From Phycisphaerae bacterium (lineage in GTDB: Bacteria > Planctomycetota > Phycisphaerae > UBA1845 > Fen-1342): a stretch of 14,471 nucleotides of DNA. The notes beneath the pieces are model-generated. The model was given only the letters and a program-made list of their open reading frames with translations. It had not been told where the DNA came from and searched no databases. This document shows positions 1 to 7,805 of the stretch, in pieces (the stretch's first letter is position 1; the number at the start of each line of letters is the position of its first letter). A program made the position numbers and the translations under genes. The stretch spans positions 1 to 14,471 of the forward strand of contig JASFQK010000065.1 of NCBI GenBank assembly GCA_050115495.1, read 5' to 3'.

Positions 1-125
1 GCGGACGCTGAATGGCGCGAAGCTTCTGCCGGACGTGATCGCCAGCGTCCGCTTCATCGACGGAGAAAAACCCGAGAAAGCCGCCGCCTGATCACGACGC
101 CATCAACGACTTTTGACAATAGCTC
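1..125 (+). mobile_element. 3' (right) end of an IS256-family insertion sequence, partial
   Basis: Frame 2..91 reads RTLNGAKLLPDVIASVRFIDGEKPEKAAA*, resembling IS256 transposase C-termini (LNG...L..VI.GV.F.DG). It is followed by an IS256-like terminal sequence ...ACTTTTGACAATAGCTC ending at 125. Exact reverse complement of 14346..14470. Confidence 0.85.
2..91 (+). CDS. IS256-family transposase, last 29 aa (runs off the window)
   Basis: Open frame from the window edge to TGA at 89-91 with the characteristic C-terminal motif. Confidence 0.75.
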   Translation, partial: RTLNGAKLLPDVIASVRFIDGEKPEKAAA

Positions 126-193
126 GTTGTTTGCTGGTCTTTACCCGTCGACGATCCGCGACCTTGACTGGGAGGAGATGGTCGCGCCGGAGG

Positions 194-433
194 CTGACCG
201 AGAAGCCGGTCGAGTTGGCCGTGCGGGCGATGCAGTATTCGTCGCGCCCCGGCGAGAACGTGCTGGACCTGTTCGGCGGATCAGGCTCGACGCTGATCGC
301 GGCCGAACAGACGGGACGGCGGGCGTTCCTGATGGAGCTCGACCCACTGTACTACGACGTGATCGTGCAGCGGTGGGAGCAGTTCACGGGGCGGACGGCG
401 GAGCGAACGGTGCCGGCTAGCGACGCCGCGTGA
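194..433 (+). pseudogene. C-terminal fragment of an N4/N6 DNA methyltransferase (beta class, ParB-MTase type found in prophage-like elements)
   Basis: LTEKPVELAVRAMQYSSRPGENVLDLFGGSGSTLIAAEQTGRRAFLMELDP has the T.KP.EL motif and SAM-binding motif I (FxGxG). The catalytic DPPY half is absent and similarity stops upstream of ~194. Confidence 0.85.
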
Positions 434-1028
434 CTGCGGCGAGCGGCACGAATAGGAGGAACAGCATGCTTGGTTCTGGAACCGCATCTCCTGCAAGCAG
501 GTTGTCGATGGCGAAGACCCCCGTGTCGTTGCCGCGCCACTCGACCCTGCCAATCATCGTGTCGGAGCGGATACCACAGAAGATTGGCGGTTGCCCTACG
601 TCCGGTAGATCGAGTTCCGAGTCCCAAATCAGGGTGCCGCTGCTGTCGAGTATTCGAAAGAGCACGGGGTCAGCGTGTTGGTCAATAAGGTTTGGGATGT
701 GCCCAATCCAGGCACCCACCGCGTGCAAAGGCGGTGAGAACTCAATAGCAAGCTCCGAAAGACTGACCGAGACGGTATTCGCGTACAACTGGTTTCCGAA
801 GAATGCGGAGCTGAAGGAACACTGGCCATTGAACCACGGTGGCGAGCTGGGGTCCCCCTCATGCACGAAGGTGATCCCTGGAATATCCGGGGGCGCAGTA
901 GAGCCAGTCTCGAAATCCACGAATTCGGAGCCCGGCAAGAAATCGCCCGCCCCCAGCTGCACGACATCTGCGAACGTGGTCATACTGAACAACAGCGCGG
1001 GGATCAGAACGACAACCTTCGCGAGCAT
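417..1028 (-). CDS. PEP-CTERM sorting domain exported protein (~203 aa)
   Basis: RBS AGGAGG 6 nt before ATG 1028; signal peptide MLAKVVVLIPALLFSMTTFA; C-terminal VPEPSMLFLLFVPLAAVTRRR (PEP motif, TM helix, basic tail). Confidence 0.9.
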   Translation of the reverse strand: MLAKVVVLIPALLFSMTTFADVVQLGAGDFLPGSEFVDFETGSTAPPDIPGITFVHEGDPSSPPWFNGQCSFSSAFFGNQLYANTVSVSLSELAIEFSPPLHAVGAWIGHIPNLIDQHADPVLFRILDSSGTLIWDSELDLPDVGQPPIFCGIRSDTMIGRVEWRGNDTGVFAIDNLLAGDAVPEPSMLFLLFVPLAAVTRRR

Positions 1029-1060
1029 AGCCAACCTCCTGCGTAGAACATCGTCGAATC

Positions 1061-1090
1061 AGTATAGCACGCTGCGAGGAGACGCTGCAA
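1061..1090 (-). promoter_or_regulatory. Putative sigma70-type promoter of the first PEP-CTERM gene
   Basis: Minus strand TTGCAG-N18-TATACT with extended -10 TG, ~30 nt upstream of the start codon. Confidence 0.5.
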
Positions 1091-1181
1091 ACACGGCGGG
1101 TGGTATTGATGCCAGGAGAGTTTACCGACAACAAGGGCCTGCTGGCGGTGGATGGGTGGACGGCACCGGCTTGCCGAAGAG

Positions 1182-1208
1182 ACACCTCGGAGTGTTTGGC
1201 CGAGGTGT
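1182..1208. terminator. Hairpin downstream of the HARE-HTH gene
   Basis: ACACCTCGG-9 nt loop-CCGAGGTGT perfect 9-bp stem; no strong U tract. Confidence 0.35.
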
Positions 1209-1236
1209 GCGAGGTGAGAGCTGGATGTGCGGCGCT

Positions 1237-1530
1237 TCAGCCTGCGTACTCGAACTGCCCGCGCTAGACCTTGCGAAACTGGGCGGTGTCGCCCTTACCG
1301 GTGATCTCGCGGAGGATGGCGGCGTAGAGCGTGGACTCGGGCGTCTTGCCGTTGGGGCTCGTCCACAGGCCACGCTCGGCCATCGCTTCGATCAGCTCCT
1401 TGGCCCGCATCGGCTTGCCGGCGTCACGCAGGACCTGGGCCGCGGCGTCCAGGGCACCGACACGCCGAGGCCTCGGCTCGGCCGCCAGGGTCTCGATCGT
1501 CGTCTTCGCGTTGCGGTTTGTGGTCGTCAT
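1237..1530 (-). pseudogene. HARE-HTH (HB1/ASXL/restriction endonuclease winged-helix) protein with an in-frame TAG near its end
   Basis: LDAAAQVLRDAGKPMRAKELIEAMAERGLWTSPNGKTPESTLYAAILREI is a typical HARE-HTH motif. TAG at 1264-1266 interrupts FRKV*RGQFEYAG, which continues in frame to TGA at 1237-1239. Confidence 0.8.
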
Positions 1531-1629
1531 CAGAGAGCCATTCGATCGCCGATGCGTGAACCAGCGGAGGTCCTGCATCGGAGATCCTGACGACGCCTGG
1601 CCCGACTGCCCGATCGACCGGTGAGCGGG

Positions 1630-1803
1630 TTACCCGGCAGACGAGCCGTCATCGCGCGCTGCCGTCGTCGAGATGAATAGGCAATTGTCGGCAGACGCCC
1701 GATACGCATCGTCCAGGCAGTTGGCCAAGGGCACGATCTCGAGTTCGTCCAGCACCGCAACCTCCGTCGCGACGATGCTGGAGATGCACAGCACGTCCAG
1801 GCG
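1630..1803 (-). pseudogene. Possible gene remnant (RLDVLCISSIVATEVAVLDELEIVPLANCLDDAYR...)
   Basis: 57 codons with protein-like composition and coding-like GC3, ending in TAA. An upstream TGA and no convincing RBS/start. Confidence 0.3.
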
Positions 1804-2812
1804 TCAACTACTCCGGGGACCCCACTGACAGCGTGCGCTCATCGAGAGCTCCGACGGCCGCGTCCGGGAGCAAGATCTCTGCCGAATACTTGGCTCCACA
1901 CACCTGTTGTCGGCCGGCGCGCATTCGCGCGCCAGTTCGCGGCGCCGCAGTACGCGGATAATCCGTCCGCGCTAACCCTATCAACACGGAACAAGCCACC
2001 TTGGCGATCACTTGCCTTCGTATTGACCGGGCGTGTCGATCGACGGTTTTTACGTGCAATGGCGTACTTCACATCCGCGCCGCGGAGCGCAGGCGCAGAC
2101 ACTTACTGCGACGGGAATCTTCCCTATAGTTAAAGGACGGAGCCTGCGCGCGGCGCGCTCGCGCCGCACTCAGAGACTACCGCGATAGCTAGCACGCGGC
2201 GTCTTGTGGATCGCCTTGTTGAGCGACTCCTGGCCGCGTTTTGCTGGCGACTGCATGCAGTCTCTGACAGAAAACCCCTAACGAAGTGCGGACATCAGAA
2301 AATTCAAGCACGCAGAATCGATATTCTGTTGCCATGTCGGAAAAGCGCGGCAAGACTTGAGACAGTGGGCGGAACGGGACTCCGCAGTCCGAGCCGCAAC
2401 GCAACATCATCCCAGCCCAGGAAACACTCCGCCTGGCAATATGGGCCAGGCGAGAGGCCCCGACTAGCGTGCGGGACCTCTCGCCGGGAACAACGCAGGT
2501 TGCGAACAGAGGGAGCGTACAAAGTCCGGCCGACACGCGGCGACCTGCCTTGCCGCGTGTCAGTGGCCCGAAGGAGAGAGGCCAACGGTGAGCGTCAGGA
2601 CAGCAACCCGCACGGCAAAGGTCAGGCCGCTGCGTTATACGGCGTTTACCATCTGCGGGCGCGCCAACAACATCGCCGAATCAGAGGACGCCGGTGCGGT
2701 CGCGCCCGCGGTGCCGCGGCCGCTGCGATTGCGTTGGCCGGTGATTGGTGGCTCAGTCGCTCGGGCATCAGCTATGCAGTCGTCAGCGGCGGCCTCGTCA
2801 GCGCTGCAACCG

Positions 2813-3502
2813 TCAGTTCCGTTTTCCTCTCAAGGCCACGACGGCGCCGAGCGCCAGCGCGGCCAGCGTACCGGGCTCCGGCACCGGCATCCCGGCTTCG
2901 ATGGGCACGCCGGGCTGCGTCTCGTAGGCCCAGGCGAAGGCGTCGAGTGCCAGGACATCCTGCCCGCTGCCACCCGGGTCCGCGATCCAGATCGGCGTGA
3001 CGCCAATCCAACCGTAGTGATCCTGAGTGTCAAGCGAGAACCGAATGCCGAGATACGTGTCCACGCCAGCGGTGAGTTCCGAGCCAAGCGCCGGGTGGAA
3101 GATCAAGCCGAAATCACCCCAGAGGTTCCCGGTGGGTATTTCGGCACCCTCTTCTACGCCCAGGAGGAACAGATCTGCATACCCGCCGACCTCGAGCCGC
3201 CCATTGCTGCCGCTCACGTTGTCCTGGTCGGCAACGTTGGCCTGCAGAAACGGGGCGTCGCCGGTGGGAGCCCCCGTCTGACTCGCCGCACTGCCGGTCA
3301 CCTCAAGCGCGATGGGGTGCTCGACGGTTCCGCCATACCATACGAAATGCTCGGGCCCGGCCGGGTTGTCGAAGCGGATCGCCTCGGCGTGCGCCTGCAC
3401 CGCCAGCGCGGCTGCCGCAACAACGGCCAGAATCCCGGCGGCCCGCGTGCTCATGAATCGGCACGCCCCGCGCAACTGCTCTCGTTGAAACACGTTTCTC
3501 AT
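2813..3502 (-). CDS. PEP-CTERM sorting domain exported protein (~229 aa)
   Basis: RBS GGAGGAG before ATG 3502; signal peptide ending AVQAHA; YLGIRF...HYGWI...AWAYET.PG..I.AG segment; C-terminal VPEPGTLAALALGAVVALRGKRN. Confidence 0.92.
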   Translation of the reverse strand: MRNVFQREQLRGACRFMSTRAAGILAVVAAAALAVQAHAEAIRFDNPAGPEHFVWYGGTVEHPIALEVTGSAASQTGAPTGDAPFLQANVADQDNVSGSNGRLEVGGYADLFLLGVEEGAEIPTGNLWGDFGLIFHPALGSELTAGVDTYLGIRFSLDTQDHYGWIGVTPIWIADPGGSGQDVLALDAFAWAYETQPGVPIEAGMPVPEPGTLAALALGAVVALRGKRN

Positions 3503-3574
3503 CGATCTCCTCCGCTTGTAAGAACCACGATTGCCTTGTCGGGCACGTCCACTGCCCAAGGCCTCATGATTCTG

Positions 3575-3603
3575 ATCATAGCCGGGGATTATCCAAATTG
3601 CAA
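3575..3603 (-). promoter_or_regulatory. Putative sigma70-type promoter of the second PEP-CTERM gene
   Basis: Minus strand TTGCAA-N17-TATGAT. Confidence 0.6.
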
Positions 3604-3607
3604 TTGC

Positions 3608-3622
3608 CATGTCCCAGACATG
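3608..3622. promoter_or_regulatory. Palindromic operator-like site CATGTC-CCA-GACATG
   Basis: Perfect 6-bp arms with a 3-nt spacer, 4 nt upstream of the predicted -35; near-identical site at 10950..10964. Confidence 0.6.
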
Positions 3623-3657
3623 ACGACAAAACGCGATCGCCTAGGAGTATGTGATTA

Positions 3658-3683
3658 TAGGCCCATAAAAATAAAAGGTTTAC
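3658..3683. promoter_or_regulatory. AT-rich IHF/NAP-like binding element
   Basis: TAGGCCCATAAAAATAAAAGGTTTAC contains a near match to WATCAANNNNTTR (AATAAAAGGTTTA); AT island in GC-rich DNA. Confidence 0.4.
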
Positions 3684-3721
3684 GAAGATATGCCGTCACC
3701 AACAGTGAGGCCGACCGCGGC

Positions 3722-3887
3722 ATAGAGCAAGCCGTGCCCGCCAGGGCCGGCGATCGGCATCTCGGCGGCGTTCGTCCCGCCGCAGACCGTCGGCCAGACA
3801 TGGTGTGCACCGCAGCCGTCGCCCGGGGTTTCGGCTGGCCGCTGGGGCTGTGGAATGAAGCCACGTGGCGGGCACGGCCCGCCCTAC
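3722..3887. repeat. REP doublet (REPIN-like) A
   Basis: Degenerate REP ATAGAGCAAGCCGTGCCCGCC (3722-3742) and inverted perfect copy GGCGGGCACGGCCCGCCCTAC (3867-3887). Consensus GTAG-GGCGGGC-CGT-GCCCGCC. Confidence 0.75.
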
Positions 3888-4034
3888 GCCACGTCGCCCG
3901 CCTGGCCACCCGGCTGTTGGGCTGGTCGAACGGGGTCGCGCCGCTGGCGCACGCCGCATCACCAGCCACGCCGCGCTCGCGGACCGCGCGTCGCGCAGGT
4001 CACGCAGGCCGGCCAGGGGGCGAGTGCACCACGT

Positions 4035-4203
4035 GTAGGGCGGGCCGTGCCCGCCAAAGAAGAGCCGCCTGCGCCGCGGGCAGTGCGGGGCGGCCGTGGG
4101 ACAGGTGTAGCCGACGCAGGGCGAACCGTGTCCATCAGATGATTCAGCATTGGACCGCTGCGCTGCTGGGGTGGTCGCATGCGGCGGGCACGGCACACTT
4201 CGC
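4035..4203. repeat. REP doublet B
   Basis: Perfect GTAGGGCGGGCCGTGCCCGCC at 4035-4055; degenerate inverted copy GGCGGGCACGGCACACTTCGC at 4183-4203. Confidence 0.65.
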
Positions 4204-4421
4204 CGGCCGCGGCGTGTTGATCGAATCGTGTCACGACGTGCGCACAGGCCGGCCGCAGAGCCGACAGCGTTTCTGGCGAGGGGATTGCCATACGACGTTT
4301 GCGGAGTCCGTTCATCACAAGGCAGAAGGGAGGTGCAACGGAGAACAAATAGAACGAGGGCACCAGACCGCCGGCGGCACGCGTCGGTCGGTACACGTCC
4401 GCCCGGCACGGTGGACCATGG

Positions 4422-4548
4422 GTGGGGCGGGGCATGCCCGCCAGATGCCGCGGATCAACTGTGCGACGGATAGCGCCGGCCGCGTGGGTCGCCGGTGGGC
4501 TGATGCCTCGGCGGAACGGGTGCGTATGGCGGGCACGGCCCGCCCTGC
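4422..4548. repeat. REP doublet C
   Basis: GTGGGGCGGGGCATGCCCGCC (4422-4442) and inverted GGCGGGCACGGCCCGCCCTGC (4528-4548). Confidence 0.75.
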
Positions 4549-4766
4549 TCGTGTCCGCCGAGGCGGTGGAGCGTGCGACCGCAACACAGGGCGGCCGGAC
4601 GCACCGACCGGCGGAGAATGGTGCTCGCGGATGGAAAGGAGCGAAGCGGGGCGGCGGTGGTCGCCGCCCACAGACAGCGGGCCCGCCGCAGCCGCGACGT
4701 GTACACGCCGGCGGCCGCGAACGGGCCACTGAAACCACTGTTATTCTAGGCAGAAGGACACGAAAG

Positions 4767-5498
4767 ATGAAACCATTTGCAACAGCTCTTGGACTGGCAG
4801 CCATTCTGCTGCTGAGCAACGCGGCGAGCGCCGCAACCGACTACGAATGGGACGCGGGTTACTATCCCCTCTCTAACGGGTGGCAGTACCAGGCCAACTG
4901 GAATCCAGGCACGAGCTACCCCGGCACCGCGTCAGGCGACACAGCGCTGATCAATGCCGCCACGAACTACCCTACAGTCGTGGTGAACAGCTCGATCGGC
5001 TATCCGGTCGACTGGGTGCGTATCGACGCCTGGACGGCCGGTGTCAATCTGGAACTCCAGGTCGTTACCGGCGGCAGTCTCAGCGTGACCCACACCACCC
5101 CGTCCTACATCCTGTTGCGGGCCGGCGATACGTACAACGCCAAGCTCTACATGGATGGCGACGAGACGACGCCTCCCGTCCTCGCAGTCAACAATCTCGA
5201 CTGCCGAGGCGGTGTCGGCCAGGTAAGCTACGGCGACCAGGGCAAGGCCGTCGTCGACATCGACGCTGACAGCACCTTCGGGGTCACTGCTGACGTGGAA
5301 GTCTCCGGCGACGTGGACTTCGGCGGCTCCGAGGACTTCAGCATCGACGGCGACCTGCGTATCAGCAATGATACTACGGAGATGCACAAGACCGGCACCG
5401 GCACCGTGACCGTTTACGGTCGCATCATCATCAACCCGGGGCCGGGTACGAACGGAGCCGTGCTCACCATCGACGCCGGGTCGATTGGGACCAACTGA
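4767..5498 (+). CDS. Secreted beta-strand-repeat (beta-helix-like) protein, ~243 aa, no recognisable anchor
   Basis: RBS AAGGA; signal peptide MKPFATALGLAAILLLSNAASA; N-terminal W...NW....P...DTA.I motif and KTGTGTVTV-type strands seen in autotransporter-passenger-like PVC surface proteins. Confidence 0.85.
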   Translation: MKPFATALGLAAILLLSNAASAATDYEWDAGYYPLSNGWQYQANWNPGTSYPGTASGDTALINAATNYPTVVVNSSIGYPVDWVRIDAWTAGVNLELQVVTGGSLSVTHTTPSYILLRAGDTYNAKLYMDGDETTPPVLAVNNLDCRGGVGQVSYGDQGKAVVDIDADSTFGVTADVEVSGDVDFGGSEDFSIDGDLRISNDTTEMHKTGTGTVTVYGRIIINPGPGTNGAVLTIDAGSIGTN

Positions 5499-5841
5499 AC
5501 GTCCCGGGCGCGGCCGGAGAAGAGGATCTACTACCTCCGGCGGCCCGACGGCGTTCCGTCGATGGCGACGCTGATTGTCGCAAACGCCGCGGGTGTGTAA
5601 GCCCGCGGGCGAGCAAGGAAACGTGAAATGGACGGCAGAGCGAGAACGATCGCCGGAACCGACTGCGGGGCCCGCCCGGGTCTCCGCCGCCGGCGCCGCA
5701 ACGACGTTCCTCCGCTGTGCCCAACAACCAACAAAAAACCGAGCCGGCCGTGAATGGCGGACAACCCAAGGCGGAAATCGAAACGCCGACGGCCACCCGC
5801 CGACTCACGCCAGCTCATCGAAAACAACGGAGCTTTCCAAA

Positions 5842-6780
5842 ATGAAACCAAAGGCAATTCTCACAACCGCCGTGTTCTTTGCGGCGATGTTCCTCCTCGT
5901 TTCGGCAGCGAACGCCGCGGAATACGCCTTTTGTAGCGATACGTGGTATAGCGGGGGTTGCACTTGCAGCGGCGACCCGATCTCGCCACCACCAGCGTTG
6001 ACCTCGGACGACACCGTCAACGTGTGTTCCGGCACGTGGTCGATTGGCAGCGACATCAACGTGGCGGCAATCGTCGTGGAGAGCGGCGCCACGATGGCGA
6101 TGGGCGCCAACGTGGAGACCGACACGCTGACGGTCTATGGTACCGTCACGACGGGTGCGTACACACTCACGATCACCGGCGCCAGTGGCCTTACGATCAC
6201 TTCCACCGGCCTGCTTGACGTGAACGCTACCAACGGAGCGGTGGACCTCACTGGTGGCGGAACGCACACAATAACGCCTACTAACATCAACCTCGGCTTG
6301 AGGCTCTCCGCCACGGGTGCCTACTTGTGCATTAGCGCTGATACCACGATCAGCGGTACCGGCTACATCGAAGGCCGCCACAACGACGCCGTGATCCTGA
6401 TCGACAGCACCAAGACGCTCGTGAACGAAGTTGTGGTCCAGGGCGCGCTCACGGTCAGCGCCAGCGGTGCCACGTTCCAGAACGACGACACCGTGCTGGC
6501 CAACTACGCGGCGAGCGGCACGCAAGACACGTTGCTGTTCGACGCGGGTACGATCACTGGCACCGGCACCGGCACATTCGAAGTGAATACGCCTGGTGCG
6601 ACGATGGAGTTCGACGCCACCGACGTGAACGCTACCGCCATCCGGGGCTCCCTGACGATCAGCGCCGGGACGCTCGATTGCGAGACGGATGTCGCGTTCC
6701 TGAGCCCGCAGAGCTTCAGCATGACGGGGACCGACAGTACCATCAATGTCGCTCCTGGCGCGACGTTCGAAGCCCACTAG
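5842..6780 (+). CDS. Secreted Thr/Gly-rich beta-helix-like protein, ~312 aa
   Basis: RBS GGAG; signal peptide MKPKAILTTAVFFAAMFLLVSAANA; repeated LTITG/GTLT strands; paralog of 6949..7722. Confidence 0.88.
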   Translation: MKPKAILTTAVFFAAMFLLVSAANAAEYAFCSDTWYSGGCTCSGDPISPPPALTSDDTVNVCSGTWSIGSDINVAAIVVESGATMAMGANVETDTLTVYGTVTTGAYTLTITGASGLTITSTGLLDVNATNGAVDLTGGGTHTITPTNINLGLRLSATGAYLCISADTTISGTGYIEGRHNDAVILIDSTKTLVNEVVVQGALTVSASGATFQNDDTVLANYAASGTQDTLLFDAGTITGTGTGTFEVNTPGATMEFDATDVNATAIRGSLTISAGTLDCETDVAFLSPQSFSMTGTDSTINVAPGATFEAH

Positions 6781-6869
6781 GCCCGCTTGTCGCTTCAGGT
6801 GGCGTGCGGCCGACCGTCGGCTGTGCTCCTGCCCGAAGCAAGCGGACTGACAAACGCGTAGGCAGAGGC

Positions 6870-6943
6870 TGGCTCCCGGTTCGTACAGGGGACCGGGAGC
6901 CGGCCGCATCGCCGCGGTCCTGCACACCACGGACGCGAGGCGA
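6870..6943 (+). repeat. 74-bp structured intergenic repeat, copy 1
   Basis: 64/74 identical to 7806..7879 without gaps; long hairpin GGCTCCCGGTTC-GTACAGG-GGACCGGGAGCC. Confidence 0.85.
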
Positions 6944-6948
6944 GTTTC

Positions 6949-7722
6949 ATGTACGCAATGAATCGATATGCAGAGGATGCGGGTCTTTGGTGCCACAGGA
7001 CCGCGCACACGTGCTTCAACGTCCTCGGTTGGCCCTGGGTCACAGCGGTCATCGTCGCGCTCGCGCTGCTGCCCGCGGCGGCCCCGGCCTGCGGCCTGAG
7101 CGTGGGCTCCGGTGCGACGGTCACCCTCTCAGGCACACTGACCGTCGATTGCGTCGACGTGGCCAAAGGCGGGACGATCGTTCTCCAGTCCGGCGGCACG
7201 CTCGTCCTGACCGGTGCCAAGGGCAATGACACGTCCACGGTCAACGGATGCATCGTACTCGAGGAATGCGACTCGGTTCTTCGGATCACGAGCGACCACA
7301 CGTTCACCGGCGACGGCTGCATCCGAGGCGAGTGCAACACGGCCCTGGTCACGGGGATGAACTTGTACACGCTGACCATCAGGGCCCCCTTTATGATCTG
7401 CGGCGCGCTGACCATGGCCGTTGATTTCGTGAACAACGGCACGGTGCGCGCCGACGAGGCGTCGTCTGGGACGTGTGACACGCTGTTGATCGACTCGGGA
7501 ACGATCACCGGCAACGGTTCGTTTGAGGTGGTCACGGCCGGTGCGTGGCTGGAATTCGACGCCACCGGCGTGGATGCTACCGGTTTGTACACCTACTTCA
7601 CGCTCGACGGCGGGACGCTCGACTGCGAGACGGATGTTACGTCCACGCGCCCCGGGTGTTTCAGTGCGGAGCGCGGTAGCACTGTCTATGTCGGGCCTGG
7701 TCTTAGCGTCATCTTCTACTGA
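6949..7722 (+). CDS. Secreted Cys-rich beta-helix-like protein, paralog of the upstream gene (start could be 6958)
   Basis: Hydrophobic signal VTAVIVALALLPAAAPA. Aligns with the previous protein: DTLLIDSGTITG/DTLLFDAGTITG, EFDATGVDAT/EFDATDVNAT, GTLDCETDV identical. Confidence 0.85.
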   Translation: MYAMNRYAEDAGLWCHRTAHTCFNVLGWPWVTAVIVALALLPAAAPACGLSVGSGATVTLSGTLTVDCVDVAKGGTIVLQSGGTLVLTGAKGNDTSTVNGCIVLEECDSVLRITSDHTFTGDGCIRGECNTALVTGMNLYTLTIRAPFMICGALTMAVDFVNNGTVRADEASSGTCDTLLIDSGTITGNGSFEVVTAGAWLEFDATGVDATGLYTYFTLDGGTLDCETDVTSTRPGCFSAERGSTVYVGPGLSVIFY

Positions 7723-7805
7723 CCGCTCCCGCCGTCCCGGGCGCGGTCGGTGATCCGCCAGGCCGCCGCCCATGGCGGAGGGAGCAGCTTCTGCACGAGG
7801 ACAGT

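Noticed and set aside
430..1590. 386-aa plus-strand ORF
   Set aside because: Antisense shadow of the PEP-CTERM and HARE-HTH genes.
3595..3620. sigma54 promoter/PEP-CTERM box
   Set aside because: On the minus strand GG and TTGC are not at GG-N10-GC spacing; a sigma70-like match fits better.
4228..4241. Another copy of the operator palindrome (GTGTC-AC-GACGTG)
   Set aside because: 2-nt instead of 3-nt spacer and no adjacent promoter.
3722..4548. CRISPR array interpretation of the 21-bp repeats
   Set aside because: Repeats alternate in orientation, spacers are 85-220 bp and irregular, and there are no cas genes. Fits REP elements.
2588..4732. 714-aa plus-strand ORF
   Set aside because: Antisense to the PEP-CTERM gene, then runs through REP-rich DNA; Arg/Ala/Gly-rich with no domain. 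High-GC shadow ORF.
4422..4766. Upstream extension of ORF 4422..5498 (likewise 5575..5841 and 3503..3610)
   Set aside because: Low-complexity translations of REP or UTR sequence; RBS plus signal peptide mark the later starts.
5842..7722. Diversity-generating retroelement TR/VR pair
   Set aside because: Differences between the paralogs are not adenine-specific, similarity spans whole genes, and no reverse transcriptase is present.
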